This document shows positions 43,743-53,413 of a DNA stretch of 55,791 nt, piece by piece. A program made the translations under genes and the position numbers. The stretch comes from an uncultured Desulfovibrionaceae bacterium. GTDB lineage: Bacteria > Desulfobacterota > Desulfovibrionia > Desulfovibrionales > Desulfovibrionaceae. The notes beneath the pieces are model-generated. The model was not told the DNA's origin and did no database searches. It worked only from the letters and a program-made list of their open reading frames with translations. The DNA lies in assembly GCA_964372075.1 (NCBI GenBank), contig CAYJPR010000001.1, positions 1 to 55,791 on the forward strand. The letters are read 5' to 3'. Position 1 is the stretch's first letter, and each line of letters starts with the position of its first letter.

Positions 43743-44436
43743 CTCCCCAAACTGTTTTTATATATTCAGGATTTGAAGTATCATCTTCTATTTTATTTCT
43801 AAGATTACGTATATGTACAGAAACAGTACTTTCTGCATTGAGCGTCGTATGTTCCCCCCATACGTTGGTATAAATTTGTTCTAGATTATATACCCTTTTC
43901 TGGTTTTTCAAAAAAAGCTCTAAAATAGAAAATTCAATTTTTGTTAATTTTATAGAAACACCTCTTTTAGTAAGGCTTCTTGCAGCTAAATTCATTACTA
44001 AATTATTATAAACTATTTCATTTTTATTTATTCTAGCTGAAGTTATCGGAGAAATATTTTCAGAATAATTTCTATATCGCCTAATGTTAGCTTTAACTCT
44101 TGATATTAAATCTATGGGGTTAAATGGTTTAGTAATATAATCATCAGCTCCGGATGAAAATCCTGTAAATTTATCCATATCTTCAGATTTTGCCGTAAGA
44201 AATATTACAGGTACAGTATATTTTTTACGAATTTCAAGGCAAGTTTCAGGCCCATCCATTTTAGGCATCATGGAATCAAGAAGAACAAGATCAATGGATT
44301 TATCCACGTCTTTTTCTAGTACTTCAAGGCATTGTAAGCCATTTTCTGCTTCAAAAACTTCGTAAGAATCATTGATTAAATACAATTTTATGAGATTTCT
44401 AATATCATTATCGTCATCAACAACCAAAACTTTCAT
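43723..44436 (-). CDS. OmpR/PhoB-family response regulator
   Basis: REC domain (MKVLVVDDD...DLVLLDSMMPKMDG...LTAK) and a winged-helix C-terminus (YIKTVWGVGYRV). Confidence 0.92.
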   Translation of the reverse strand: MKVLVVDDDNDIRNLIKLYLINDSYEVFEAENGLQCLEVLEKDVDKSIDLVLLDSMMPKMDGPETCLEIRKKYTVPVIFLTAKSEDMDKFTGFSSGADDYITKPFNPIDLISRVKANIRRYRNYSENISPITSARINKNEIVYNNLVMNLAARSLTKRGVSIKLTKIEFSILELFLKNQKRVYNLEQIYTNVWGEHTTLNAESTVSVHIRNLRNKIEDDTSNPEYIKTVWGVGYRVD

Positions 44437-44610
44437 GGCACACCTCGTCTCATATTCCTTTTAGATATAACACACTGTTTTTTGCAAGCTACTAGATATT
44501 TTTATAACCAACGCACATGCTCACCCACAGCCGTAGTAAGCAGGCATAATAGTATTCTGTACGCATAGCTATACCCTTTTTAAAACCCTCTGCCTAGTTG
44601 GTATTTTCCT

Positions 44611-44642
44611 AAAAAAAGGTGAAAGGGGTTCACCCTCTCACC
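44611..44642 (-). terminator. rho-independent terminator downstream of the cytochrome c peroxidase gene
   Basis: Minus-strand RNA reads GGUGAGAGGG-UGAA-CCCCUUUCACC, a stem with one mismatch, followed by UUUUUUU. Confidence 0.7.
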
Positions 44643-44745
44643 TGTTCATAAACGTATATGCTATTAAAAACAAAATTTTGTTGCGTCAGCTCTAAACATT
44701 TACAGCACGTTTAGGCATACCTCATACGCACGACCTACTTACGCA

Positions 44746-46122
44746 TTATTGCACAGGCACGACAAGGGCTTTTCCCTCAAATGTTCCCGTAAGCGTCTCT
44801 AAAAAAGCCACTATGCTTTTTCTATCTGCTGACGAAACCTCTATGCCTGCCAAATATGTCCCCATAATGCGCACGACATCTTCCAAATTTGTTACTGTTC
44901 CATCATGCAAATACGGTGCTGTTAAAGTAATATTACGTAAATTTGGAGTTTTAAATTTATGTAAATCTTCAGCCTTATGGGTAAAGGCTTTCAAACCAAT
45001 ATCCGAGGCTAGAGGGTTGCCGCGATCTGTAAAATAATCCTTCTTTAAATTCATAAATTCAAAGGATTGCCCCCCAAGGGACTTACCCACATGGCATGAA
45101 GCACAGCGATAGGCCTTGAACCGCACATAGCCATGTTTAGCAAGGTCACTAATGGCAGCATCATCTCCTGCTAACCACTTATCAAAGGGGCTGTCCGGGG
45201 TAATAAGGGTTTTTTCATACTCTGCAATGGCATGTGTAATATTCTCTTCTGTCCACCCTGAAGGGTACAACCTTGTAAATTCTTGCGTTAAAGGCGCATC
45301 TTTAGCAAGTTTTTTAGTAATTTCTTGCCAATTGGGGCTACCCATTTCAATGGGATTAAGCGGTGGCCCTGCAGCTTGAGCTTGTAAATCCGCCGCGCGA
45401 CCATTCCAAAACTGACTTTGATTATAGACGGCATTAAAAACCGTAGGAGCATTTATATCTCCTTCTTGTTCCCGTATACCTTTAGAAAAGCGTAAGGCAT
45501 CGGCACCGCCCTTGGCAAAGTCGTGACACGAAGCACATGAGACAGTATTATCTACAGAAAGCCTTGCATCATTAAAAAGCTTTTTCCCCACACGCGCTTT
45601 TGCTGCATCATAGGGCACAGCTTCAATCATCTGCACAGGTTCATTGGCATGACGCACCGCCATGCCTTTGGACGCATAATACTGGGCTCTATTCACGCTT
45701 ACCCATTCAAGAATATCTTTTTTATCTTGCTCTGAGAGCAAAGTATCCCAATGCACAGCGCTAAATTTAGCCGGTGGCATGGTATTATGTAAAACCACCC
45801 ACTCCATTTTAGCCAAGGTGCTTTCCCCTACTTTACTACTATTTTTAACATCGGTTAACTCTATGCGTAAATCCATGGCGCGTATGCCATCTTCATAATC
45901 TTTTTCTATAATTTCTTTAATTCCAGGAATTTTTGCATAAAAAGGGAGATCGATATCTCGCGTGTGACAAGCCATACACTTTTCTTTAACAAGTGTATCC
46001 ACATTCTGAAATTTTTTCCGAATTTCTACTTCATCCACAGGCAAGCTCAAAGCCATGGTAGGTGCAAGACTCAAAGTGAAACACCATAAGCTGCCCCAAA
46101 ATACCCGTATAGCTTTCTTCAT
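44746..46122 (-). CDS. triheme cytochrome c peroxidase (YhjA / quinol-peroxidase-like)
   Basis: CCP/MauG-family body with two CxxCH motifs (CASCH twice). An N-terminal extension carries a third (CMACH), and a hydrophobic leader precedes it. Confidence 0.85.
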   Translation of the reverse strand: MKKAIRVFWGSLWCFTLSLAPTMALSLPVDEVEIRKKFQNVDTLVKEKCMACHTRDIDLPFYAKIPGIKEIIEKDYEDGIRAMDLRIELTDVKNSSKVGESTLAKMEWVVLHNTMPPAKFSAVHWDTLLSEQDKKDILEWVSVNRAQYYASKGMAVRHANEPVQMIEAVPYDAAKARVGKKLFNDARLSVDNTVSCASCHDFAKGGADALRFSKGIREQEGDINAPTVFNAVYNQSQFWNGRAADLQAQAAGPPLNPIEMGSPNWQEITKKLAKDAPLTQEFTRLYPSGWTEENITHAIAEYEKTLITPDSPFDKWLAGDDAAISDLAKHGYVRFKAYRCASCHVGKSLGGQSFEFMNLKKDYFTDRGNPLASDIGLKAFTHKAEDLHKFKTPNLRNITLTAPYLHDGTVTNLEDVVRIMGTYLAGIEVSSADRKSIVAFLETLTGTFEGKALVVPVQ

Positions 46123-46246
46123 ACGTCCCCCTTAAAAGCCTAATTCCTAGCTTTTTACTGCTAATAAAAACTATTCTTAAAAAGGATGACATATTTACAT
46201 TTTCAAATCAAGCAAAAGGACATGGCGCGCAGACCGTTTTTTTTTA

Positions 46247-46273
46247 CAAAAAAAAGACACAGTATGCTGTGTC
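46247..46273 (-). terminator. rho-independent terminator downstream of the TPR gene
   Basis: Minus-strand RNA reads GACACAG-CAUA-CUGUGUC followed by UUUUUUUU. Confidence 0.75.
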
Positions 46274-46350
46274 TCAGTTTGATGACAAAACCCTTTCAAG
46301 CCTTTGGGCCACTCAAGATAGGCAAGCTATCTCGATGGATTTTTACGTAA

Positions 46351-47037
46351 TTAAATATTATCTAAAGAGCTTAATTGAAAAGTTCCCAAATCTTCTTTTT
46401 GCAAGCGTAATACAGCAATATATTGTAATGTTTTTTTATAAATACGACTGTCTGGATTAATATATTGCGCACTCAAAATATGCTGCTCAGCTTCATCATA
46501 ATCGCCCATTTCAATAAGTATACGAGCCACATTAAAATGCGCATGGTCATCATTGGGAGAAAGCATAAGAGTGCGTTGCGCAAAGGCTACAGCTTCGGGA
46601 TAGCACTTTCTTTTACGCAATTCTATACCAAAGTCATTGAACATATGCTTATGCTTGTCCGTAATACCCTCTTGAATTTCCAATAAATTCTTAAAAAGTG
46701 GTAAAGCCGTTTCCACAGAGTTAGTACGTTTTATACGCACAAGGGCCTTACGAAAAAGCTCGCGCAAAGTGCTTTCCACATCTTCTGTGGAAGCTCGTGT
46801 ACTTTGTGTTGTAAGAAGGCGATGGGCTTCAGTCTTAGGGTATTTCTTTATATGTGGTTCATGGGTGAATTTTGTGGTAAGGGTTGCTGCGTCCACGGTT
46901 TTGAGCATGTCCACAGCTTGAAATTGCCCATTAAGCATTTGTATGGAATACACAGACCCTGCTGCCCATACAAAATAATAGGTTTTTTTCCCTGTGGCAT
47001 CTGTCCGTGAAAAAACGCCAACAAATTCCTTATCCAT
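46351..47037 (-). CDS. TPR-repeat protein of unknown function
   Basis: 228 aa. The C-terminal half has TPR-like helices (AVAFAQRTLMLSPNDDHAHFNVARILIEMGDYDEAEQHI). Confidence 0.6.
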   Translation of the reverse strand: MDKEFVGVFSRTDATGKKTYYFVWAAGSVYSIQMLNGQFQAVDMLKTVDAATLTTKFTHEPHIKKYPKTEAHRLLTTQSTRASTEDVESTLRELFRKALVRIKRTNSVETALPLFKNLLEIQEGITDKHKHMFNDFGIELRKRKCYPEAVAFAQRTLMLSPNDDHAHFNVARILIEMGDYDEAEQHILSAQYINPDSRIYKKTLQYIAVLRLQKEDLGTFQLSSLDNI

Positions 47038-47124
47038 TATGCTCCCCTTGCTATGCTCTACTAGCCTTAAAGCAATACACTATAGTTCATAAAAAAGCAA
47101 TTCCTTACAAAGAGCATTTTTCCA

Positions 47125-49887
47125 TTAGAAATCAAGGTGTAAAGTATTTGCAAAAGTAACTCTAATGGCACCAACACTATGAGTCCCATACACTTGCATT
47201 CCATGTGCCTCTAAAGCTTCACGAACAGCCCTATGCGGATGCCCATATGAATTTTGTCGCCCAGCACTCACAAGAGCTACTTCAGCCCCCACGGCCACAT
47301 AAAACTCTGGTAACAAAGCATCTAGCGCTCCGTGATGAGGCACTAATAACACCTTTGCGCTTATATCTTGCCCAGATGCAAGTACCCCTTGTAAAGAAGC
47401 GCGGCTGGCATCTCCACACAATAAAGCTAAGCCTTGCCTGTGTTGCCCTTCTCCCTGTACCAAGCGTAAAATAAGCGAGGCATTATTTTTGTTAAGTACA
47501 ACACCTTGAGGCGGCCAAAGCACTTCCAAAAATACAGCTGTACTTGGATCATGACCATCTTCTGTTAAGGGTACGTGCATACCTGCGTGTAAAGATTCAC
47601 GCCGTAAACTAGAGTTAGCCATTTTTTGCCAAAGTTCTTGATTTGTTTTGCCAAAAGTATGCCCATTGGTGTAGAAAAAATCTGACTGTAAATGCGGCAA
47701 CATATGCAACAAACCACGTAAATGATCCGTATCGGGGTGCGAATTAATCATACCATAAACACGAGGAGCTTCATTATACAAAAGACTTGGCATAACCAAT
47801 TGCGTACCTGGGTCAAAACGCTTGGAAGTGGAACCGCCTCCATCCACTAAAACACGTTGCCCATGCGCTACATTCAAAGCTATGGCTTGGCCATGCCCCA
47901 CATCAAAAAGCGTTAAGCGCACAGAAGATTGCGCATAGCCCATATAGCGCAACAGCGGCGCCACACATAAAAGACATGCTGCCAACACAAAAAGCCTATA
48001 AATATTTGAAGGTATGGGCGCCCTATCCTTACGCCCTTGTACGCTATCTTTCCAAGAAATCCGCCCCACAAGCAAAGCTAAAGCCAACATAAGGGGAATC
48101 CACGCAAATATGGTGCTTGCATGCGGTCGTAGCACCGCCATACTTTGTAAAAAAGAATACTGCTCAAAAAATTGTATAACAGAGACTAAGGCTTGGCAGG
48201 GAAGTACAGCCAAAGAAATCGCAAATAAAGCTACACTTTTTGAAGCGCATAAAGAAAGTAGAAGGCCCAAAGCTCCCCAAGGTAGAACCCACATGGCTAG
48301 TACAGGAAGCCAAAGACAATTTGCCCAAAAATAGAGCCCCGCAGGTGGAAAGTAATACAGCATATAGGGCAAAAGTACCACTTGAATGGTACAAGAAATG
48401 ACAAAGCATTGCACAAAGAATCGTCGTATGCTTAACGCTTTACGTGTAAAAGCCGTGGATTTACTGCTGCGCGCACCACGCTTTTTTGCATACTGTTCCC
48501 CATAGGATAAAGCCGGCATGACAAGGCATAGAGAGGCCACACAAAGCAAGGAAAGCTGTAAGCCCATGTCATACAAAGCTAAAGGCCACATAAGGGTGAG
48601 TATACAGGCAGTCCATACAAGTGCATGGCGTAAGGTGAACACCTGCTGGCGCCACAACAAAAGAAAAACCACTGTCAGTAAGCATAAGGCACGCAATAAA
48701 GACGAAGGCGCATTACCCAGCCACGCATAGGCCCATGCCAAAGGAAAAGAACACAATATATAAGCTTTATATCGTGGCATATGTAAAAAAAGCACGGGAG
48801 ACAGCGTAGAAAGAGCGCGTAGAGCTAGCCACACAGCAAAGCCCACCACGGCTAAATGTTGCCCAGAAAGAGCCAAGGAGTGCACAAGAGATAATACCCG
48901 CATGCCCTCCACTGTCCCTTGCGCCAAAGTAAACTTTTCTCCTAAGAGCAAGGTCGGCAAGAAGGCCAAAGCCTGCCCGTACTGGGCATTTTTTCCCTGA
49001 GCCGCTTCGTGTAAGATGTGCGAAAAAGTTTGTACTATATCTTCTCGTACAGCGGCCCAAAAGAAAGGCTTGCCAAAAACTTCTACAGCTCCCCTGTTAT
49101 CGCGAGTCCATAAGCGCCAAAAAACGCCCTGACTTTGCCAATAAAAGCCAAAGTTACTTCCCCAAGGATTCTCATAGCCTTCTGTGGTGCGTACCTTGGC
49201 TGTAAGGCGTACATATTGCCCCGGTATGGGGCGTTGTAAAAGATGCTTTTGTTCTGGACGTACTTGTTCTGTACGTGCTTTTTCAGACCATTCCCATGTC
49301 CATACAGCCAAGCCATCTAAAGGGATTTGAGACAAATTGGCACCAGAAAAAGACCTCGCCACAGATGCTCTGCCGCCAGCTCTCTCTTCCACAGGTTTGA
49401 GATGACGCAAAAAAATACGCCAGCGCCCTTCCACTAAAGACTGCACACGTACCACCTGCCCTTCAAGGCGTAAAGTCACAGGCTGGCCTTGTTCTTGCGT
49501 CCAAGACGGCACGGGAGGACGCTCAGGAAACACAAAAAACACTGTCACAAAACCTGCACTAAAAAGAACCATAGCCCAAAGCGCAGGACCTTTGGCACGT
49601 AAACGCCCATCCATATAAAAGAGAAGCAAGGCCACACTAAGGGCCCATACAGGCGCATGGGGTCCCCAAAGCCCACAGAGCCAAAACAGGCTTAAGCTTT
49701 GCCACAAGAGTAAGGGTTGTAAAAGAGGTGAAAAGGAAGGATTTAAGGAAAAAAATTCTTGAGCCCGTTTTTTTGTCTTATACTTTACTCCCATAGCCGT
49801 AAAAGCCTCAGCTTGATCTGTGGCATGGCTGGCAGATTCACTGGGAACTGCTGGTTCTGGTAAGGGAACAGGATGGGCTTTAGGCAT
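47125..49887 (-). CDS. comEC: ComEC/Rec2-family DNA internalisation protein with a C-terminal metallo-beta-lactamase domain
   Basis: Polytopic competence-domain core. The C-terminus has an MBL-fold motif (LFDVGHGQA...VDGG...NSHPDTDHLRGL). Start taken at ATG 49887 (MPKAHP) with AAGGAG upstream. Confidence 0.85.
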   Translation of the reverse strand: MPKAHPVPLPEPAVPSESASHATDQAEAFTAMGVKYKTKKRAQEFFSLNPSFSPLLQPLLLWQSLSLFWLCGLWGPHAPVWALSVALLLFYMDGRLRAKGPALWAMVLFSAGFVTVFFVFPERPPVPSWTQEQGQPVTLRLEGQVVRVQSLVEGRWRIFLRHLKPVEERAGGRASVARSFSGANLSQIPLDGLAVWTWEWSEKARTEQVRPEQKHLLQRPIPGQYVRLTAKVRTTEGYENPWGSNFGFYWQSQGVFWRLWTRDNRGAVEVFGKPFFWAAVREDIVQTFSHILHEAAQGKNAQYGQALAFLPTLLLGEKFTLAQGTVEGMRVLSLVHSLALSGQHLAVVGFAVWLALRALSTLSPVLFLHMPRYKAYILCSFPLAWAYAWLGNAPSSLLRALCLLTVVFLLLWRQQVFTLRHALVWTACILTLMWPLALYDMGLQLSLLCVASLCLVMPALSYGEQYAKKRGARSSKSTAFTRKALSIRRFFVQCFVISCTIQVVLLPYMLYYFPPAGLYFWANCLWLPVLAMWVLPWGALGLLLSLCASKSVALFAISLAVLPCQALVSVIQFFEQYSFLQSMAVLRPHASTIFAWIPLMLALALLVGRISWKDSVQGRKDRAPIPSNIYRLFVLAACLLCVAPLLRYMGYAQSSVRLTLFDVGHGQAIALNVAHGQRVLVDGGGSTSKRFDPGTQLVMPSLLYNEAPRVYGMINSHPDTDHLRGLLHMLPHLQSDFFYTNGHTFGKTNQELWQKMANSSLRRESLHAGMHVPLTEDGHDPSTAVFLEVLWPPQGVVLNKNNASLILRLVQGEGQHRQGLALLCGDASRASLQGVLASGQDISAKVLLVPHHGALDALLPEFYVAVGAEVALVSAGRQNSYGHPHRAVREALEAHGMQVYGTHSVGAIRVTFANTLHLDF

Positions 49888-49978
49888 AGCTCTCCTTAAA
49901 AAAAGGGTACTATACACATATAATACCCTGTTCTGCAATGACAAGAAGAGTTAGTAAAAAGCTTTATATGACAACGAG

Positions 49979-50443
49979 TTAGTCGCGCCCACTCAAAGTG
50001 CGTTCCACATCACGCTCTTCTGCGCGGCGTTTTAAGCTTTCTCTATGATCGTGCAATTTCTTACCGCGGCCCACAGCAATTTCTAGCTTAATCTTACCTT
50101 GTTTAAAGTACAGCTTCACCGGAACAATAGTAAGGCCCTTTTGCTCTACTTTAGAAATAAGCACTTCAATTTCGCGTGAATGCAAGAGTAATTTTCTCTC
50201 ACGCGTGGGATTTTGCACCACATAGCCGGCATTCTCATAAGGGGCAATATGCATACCCACCACAAAGGCTTCGCCATTTTTAAAATCCACATAAGAGTCC
50301 ATAAAGTTGACCTTACCTTGACGTAAGCTCTTTACTTCAGGACCCGTTAAGCTGATGCCGGCTTCTAAAAAGTCGCTCAACTCATAAAGATGACGTGCTT
50401 TCTTATTGGGTGCAATGGTTGCAGGAGAAGGTTTCTTTGCCAT
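49979..50443 (-). CDS. smpB: SsrA-binding protein SmpB
   Basis: 154 aa with the canonical pattern (I..NKKA...Y......EAGI.L.G.EVKSLR.GK....DSY......GEAF....HI.PYE). Confidence 0.95.
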   Translation of the reverse strand: MAKKPSPATIAPNKKARHLYELSDFLEAGISLTGPEVKSLRQGKVNFMDSYVDFKNGEAFVVGMHIAPYENAGYVVQNPTRERKLLLHSREIEVLISKVEQKGLTIVPVKLYFKQGKIKLEIAVGRGKKLHDHRESLKRRAEERDVERTLSGRD

Positions 50444-50457
50444 AGTTTATTATTATC

Positions 50458-52224
50458 CTAATGCGAGGGAAAAATTGTCGAGTAAAAAGAATAATCATCC
50501 ACCAAGTTCTGCGCAAGGCATTCTTTCACAATACGCATACAGGCCGCCGTATCTGAAGTTCTGAGCACCATTTGCGACATGTGCTGGCATTGCTCTGCAT
50601 GTAAAGAGCGCACTAAATGCTTAATGGCCGGAATGTATTGCGGCGTGGCAGATACGGTATCTACGCCCATACCAATGAGCACAGCTAAGCAATAAGGGTC
50701 AGTAACCATTTCCCCGCATACAGCCACACTTATGCCCTCACGATGCGCACAGTCAATGACACGCTTTAAAGAACGCGTCACTGCAGGATGCAGCGGCTGA
50801 TGTAAATACGCCACATGCTTATTGCCGCGGTCTATGCCAAGCAAGTAATGCACAAGATCATTGGTCCCAATGCTGAAAAAGTCGCATTCACGAGCCAGAG
50901 CATCGGCTATGAGCACAGCTGAAGGCACTTCTATCATAATGCCTAAGGGAAGACGCTCAGCATGGGCAATACCTTGCGCTTTCAAGTCTTGTCGCACTTC
51001 TTGTAAAATATGCTTCACGCTATGCACTTCTTCCATACAAGAAATCATGGGCAGCATAATGGCCATGGAACCGTGCAAAGCAGCCCTGTACAAGGCGCGA
51101 AATTGCGTACGTAACAGGCCTTGGTGGCGCAAGCAAAAACGAATACCGCGAAGCCCCAAAGCCGGATTAGCTTCCTTAAGGCTGGTCTGCGTATCCAACA
51201 TTTTATCGGCGCCCACATCGAGTACACGAAAGATTACGCGTTGCGGCGCGGCTTTTTGCACCACTTCGCTATATTCTTTATAAAGCTGTTCTTCTGTGGG
51301 AAGTTTACGTCCGCGTAAGTAGGCAAATTCCGTACGATACAGACCAATGCCTTCGGCCCCATGATGGCAAATATTATCCACCTCACTGGCTCTTTCAAGG
51401 TTAGCTTGCACTTCTACGCGCACAGCATCTCGCGTTTCTGCCACAAGATGCCCACTTAAACGTACATTTTCCACCCAGGCTTCGTATTCAGCACGTTTTT
51501 GATGATACACTTCCAATTCTGCATCGTCAGGGGCAATAAGCACACAACCTTGTAAAGCGTCCACAATAACAAGGTCACCTTCTTTGGCAATTTCTAAAAT
51601 CCCCGTCACGCCCACCACAGCAGGAATACGTAAAGATCTTGCTAAAATAGCCGTGTGGGAAGTTACGCCGCCCTCTGCCATGACCAAGGCTAAAATGCGC
51701 TCTGCCGGCAAGTCTAAGGTATCCACCGGAGATAAATCTTCGGCCATATGCACCCGCGGAGAATCCCCCACCATGGGCACATATTCCTTGCCTGCCAAGC
51801 GGCATTGCAAGCGCAAGCCCACAGCGCGTAAATCCAAAGCCCTTTCTTGCAAGTAGGGATCATCAATATCTAAAAAAGCGGCGCTCAGTGCATCAATGGC
51901 TTTTTGTAAGGCCCAAGGAGCGCACAAACGCTGAGTGTGCACAAATTCCTCCGCATCATCTAAAAGACGAGGGTCCTTGCTAATCATGATATGCGTTTGA
52001 ATTATGCTTCCAAGCTCTGCCCTATCGCCGCACATATTTTGTTGACTGGCACGCAAATCTTCATGCACATGTCTTGTGGCAGCGCGCAACTTTTCTATTT
52101 CATTATCAATTTCTTCAGGAGCTATGAAGCGCTCTTCCACATGCGCTTCCTGATGGGTGCGCACAATTTTGCCAATGGCAATACCGGGAGAAACCGCTGT
52201 ACCAAAAAGTTGTGAACGTGCCAT
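50458..52224 (-). CDS. ptsI: phosphoenolpyruvate-protein phosphotransferase (PTS Enzyme I)
   Basis: 588 aa. The phospho-His region reads GGVTSHTAILARSLRIPAVVG. The PEP-utilising C-terminal domain has FFSIGTNDL. Confidence 0.92.
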   Translation of the reverse strand: MARSQLFGTAVSPGIAIGKIVRTHQEAHVEERFIAPEEIDNEIEKLRAATRHVHEDLRASQQNMCGDRAELGSIIQTHIMISKDPRLLDDAEEFVHTQRLCAPWALQKAIDALSAAFLDIDDPYLQERALDLRAVGLRLQCRLAGKEYVPMVGDSPRVHMAEDLSPVDTLDLPAERILALVMAEGGVTSHTAILARSLRIPAVVGVTGILEIAKEGDLVIVDALQGCVLIAPDDAELEVYHQKRAEYEAWVENVRLSGHLVAETRDAVRVEVQANLERASEVDNICHHGAEGIGLYRTEFAYLRGRKLPTEEQLYKEYSEVVQKAAPQRVIFRVLDVGADKMLDTQTSLKEANPALGLRGIRFCLRHQGLLRTQFRALYRAALHGSMAIMLPMISCMEEVHSVKHILQEVRQDLKAQGIAHAERLPLGIMIEVPSAVLIADALARECDFFSIGTNDLVHYLLGIDRGNKHVAYLHQPLHPAVTRSLKRVIDCAHREGISVAVCGEMVTDPYCLAVLIGMGVDTVSATPQYIPAIKHLVRSLHAEQCQHMSQMVLRTSDTAACMRIVKECLAQNLVDDYSFYSTIFPSH

Positions 52225-52226
52225 AA

Positions 52227-52589
52227 TTATTCCTTAAATCCCGTAAAAAAAAGTTCAGCAATGCGGGTGAGACATGCTTCGGCATCCTCTCCCTGAGCGT
52301 AAAAGACAAGCTCACTTCCTGCCACAGCGCCAAGGGTTAAAATATCTAACATACTCTTGCCATCTGCGCTATTTTTACCACACTCTACATGCAGCGAGGC
52401 TTGAAAAATTTGTGCGGCTTCGGCAATACGCGCTGCGGGTCTTGCATGTAAGCCCAAAGAAGAATATACTTTAAGCCTGCAACATAAGCCTCGTAGTGTT
52501 TGTTCAAATGCCATGTCTTTGGTAATATCTTGAGCCATGTCTTTAGTCATATTTGGGGCCATATATTGTACCATGTCTGCCACAAACAA
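52227..52589 (-). CDS. ptsH: phosphocarrier protein HPr, with a possible N-terminal extension
   Basis: HPr core with GLHARPA (His15 equivalent) and GKSMLDILTLG (Ser46 equivalent). The start is ambiguous: TTG 52589, GTG 52583 (AAGGA 7 nt upstream) or ATG 52514. Confidence 0.85.
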   Translation of the reverse strand: MFVADMVQYMAPNMTKDMAQDITKDMAFEQTLRGLCCRLKVYSSLGLHARPAARIAEAAQIFQASLHVECGKNSADGKSMLDILTLGAVAGSELVFYAQGEDAEACLTRIAELFFTGFKE

Positions 52590-52595
52590 ATCCTT

Positions 52596-53408
52596 TTATT
52601 GTGAAACAACAGGTTTTATGCTTTCTAAAAATAAAGCCGCAAAAAGAAGTATCACCAGCACAAGCCGCGGCACATGGGCCCTTTGAATGAGCAAAGCTGC
52701 CACAAGCACACAAAAAACGGCCCACACCTCATTGCCCCAATAGAATATGGTTTCCCCATCCACCATATTCCAGAAAATGGCAGCCAAAAGAAAGGCATTA
52801 CCCAATTTAATGCGCTCAGCCCAATTTATCAGGTCAAAAGTGCGTAATATGTGTAATGCCCCAAAATTATGCTTTACCCCCATATAAAACATATACATGC
52901 GGAAAAAAATCACCATAGCAAGCAAGCATCCTGTCCAAGCCAAAGCCGCTGTCACCATGGTGTTTTGCATAACAAGAGGACTATTCCACAAAGGTGCATG
53001 AGCCACAAAAGCACTGGGAATGCCATATAAAAAGCACAAAAAGCAACCCAAAGCCCAAAAAACCAACACCGACCCGCTAAAAAAAGAGTCACCAATGGCA
53101 GAAAGTGTGGTGGCCGTGGTGTGCAAAAGCCCTTCCATGCCCTCAGCGGACATTTTCTCTTGAGCTATACGCTCTTCTAAAGCAAGGAAAATACCCACCA
53201 AAAGAGGTGCCATGAGCGTATGTGTACGCACATGGTGTATATAGCGCTTACGGGCCGCGCATAAGGCCTCATCCTGTGTATGTAAAGCTTGCAAAGCCGG
53301 ATCTAAAGCATATAAAAAGCCCGCCCTTTGCATATGCCGCGCACTCATGGCCGCTCCCACGCTCCAAGAGCGTCGAAAGCATTGCCAAAGTACTTTTTTA
53401 GGCAGCAT
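52596..53408 (-). CDS. PTS mannose-family EIID-like membrane protein
   Basis: 270 aa and polytopic. The N-terminus resembles the EIID signature (FRRSW...A..S..MQ..GFLYALDP.L). Confidence 0.55.
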   Translation of the reverse strand: MLPKKVLWQCFRRSWSVGAAMSARHMQRAGFLYALDPALQALHTQDEALCAARKRYIHHVRTHTLMAPLLVGIFLALEERIAQEKMSAEGMEGLLHTTATTLSAIGDSFFSGSVLVFWALGCFLCFLYGIPSAFVAHAPLWNSPLVMQNTMVTAALAWTGCLLAMVIFFRMYMFYMGVKHNFGALHILRTFDLINWAERIKLGNAFLLAAIFWNMVDGETIFYWGNEVWAVFCVLVAALLIQRAHVPRLVLVILLFAALFLESIKPVVSQ

Positions 53409-53413
53409 AGGCT

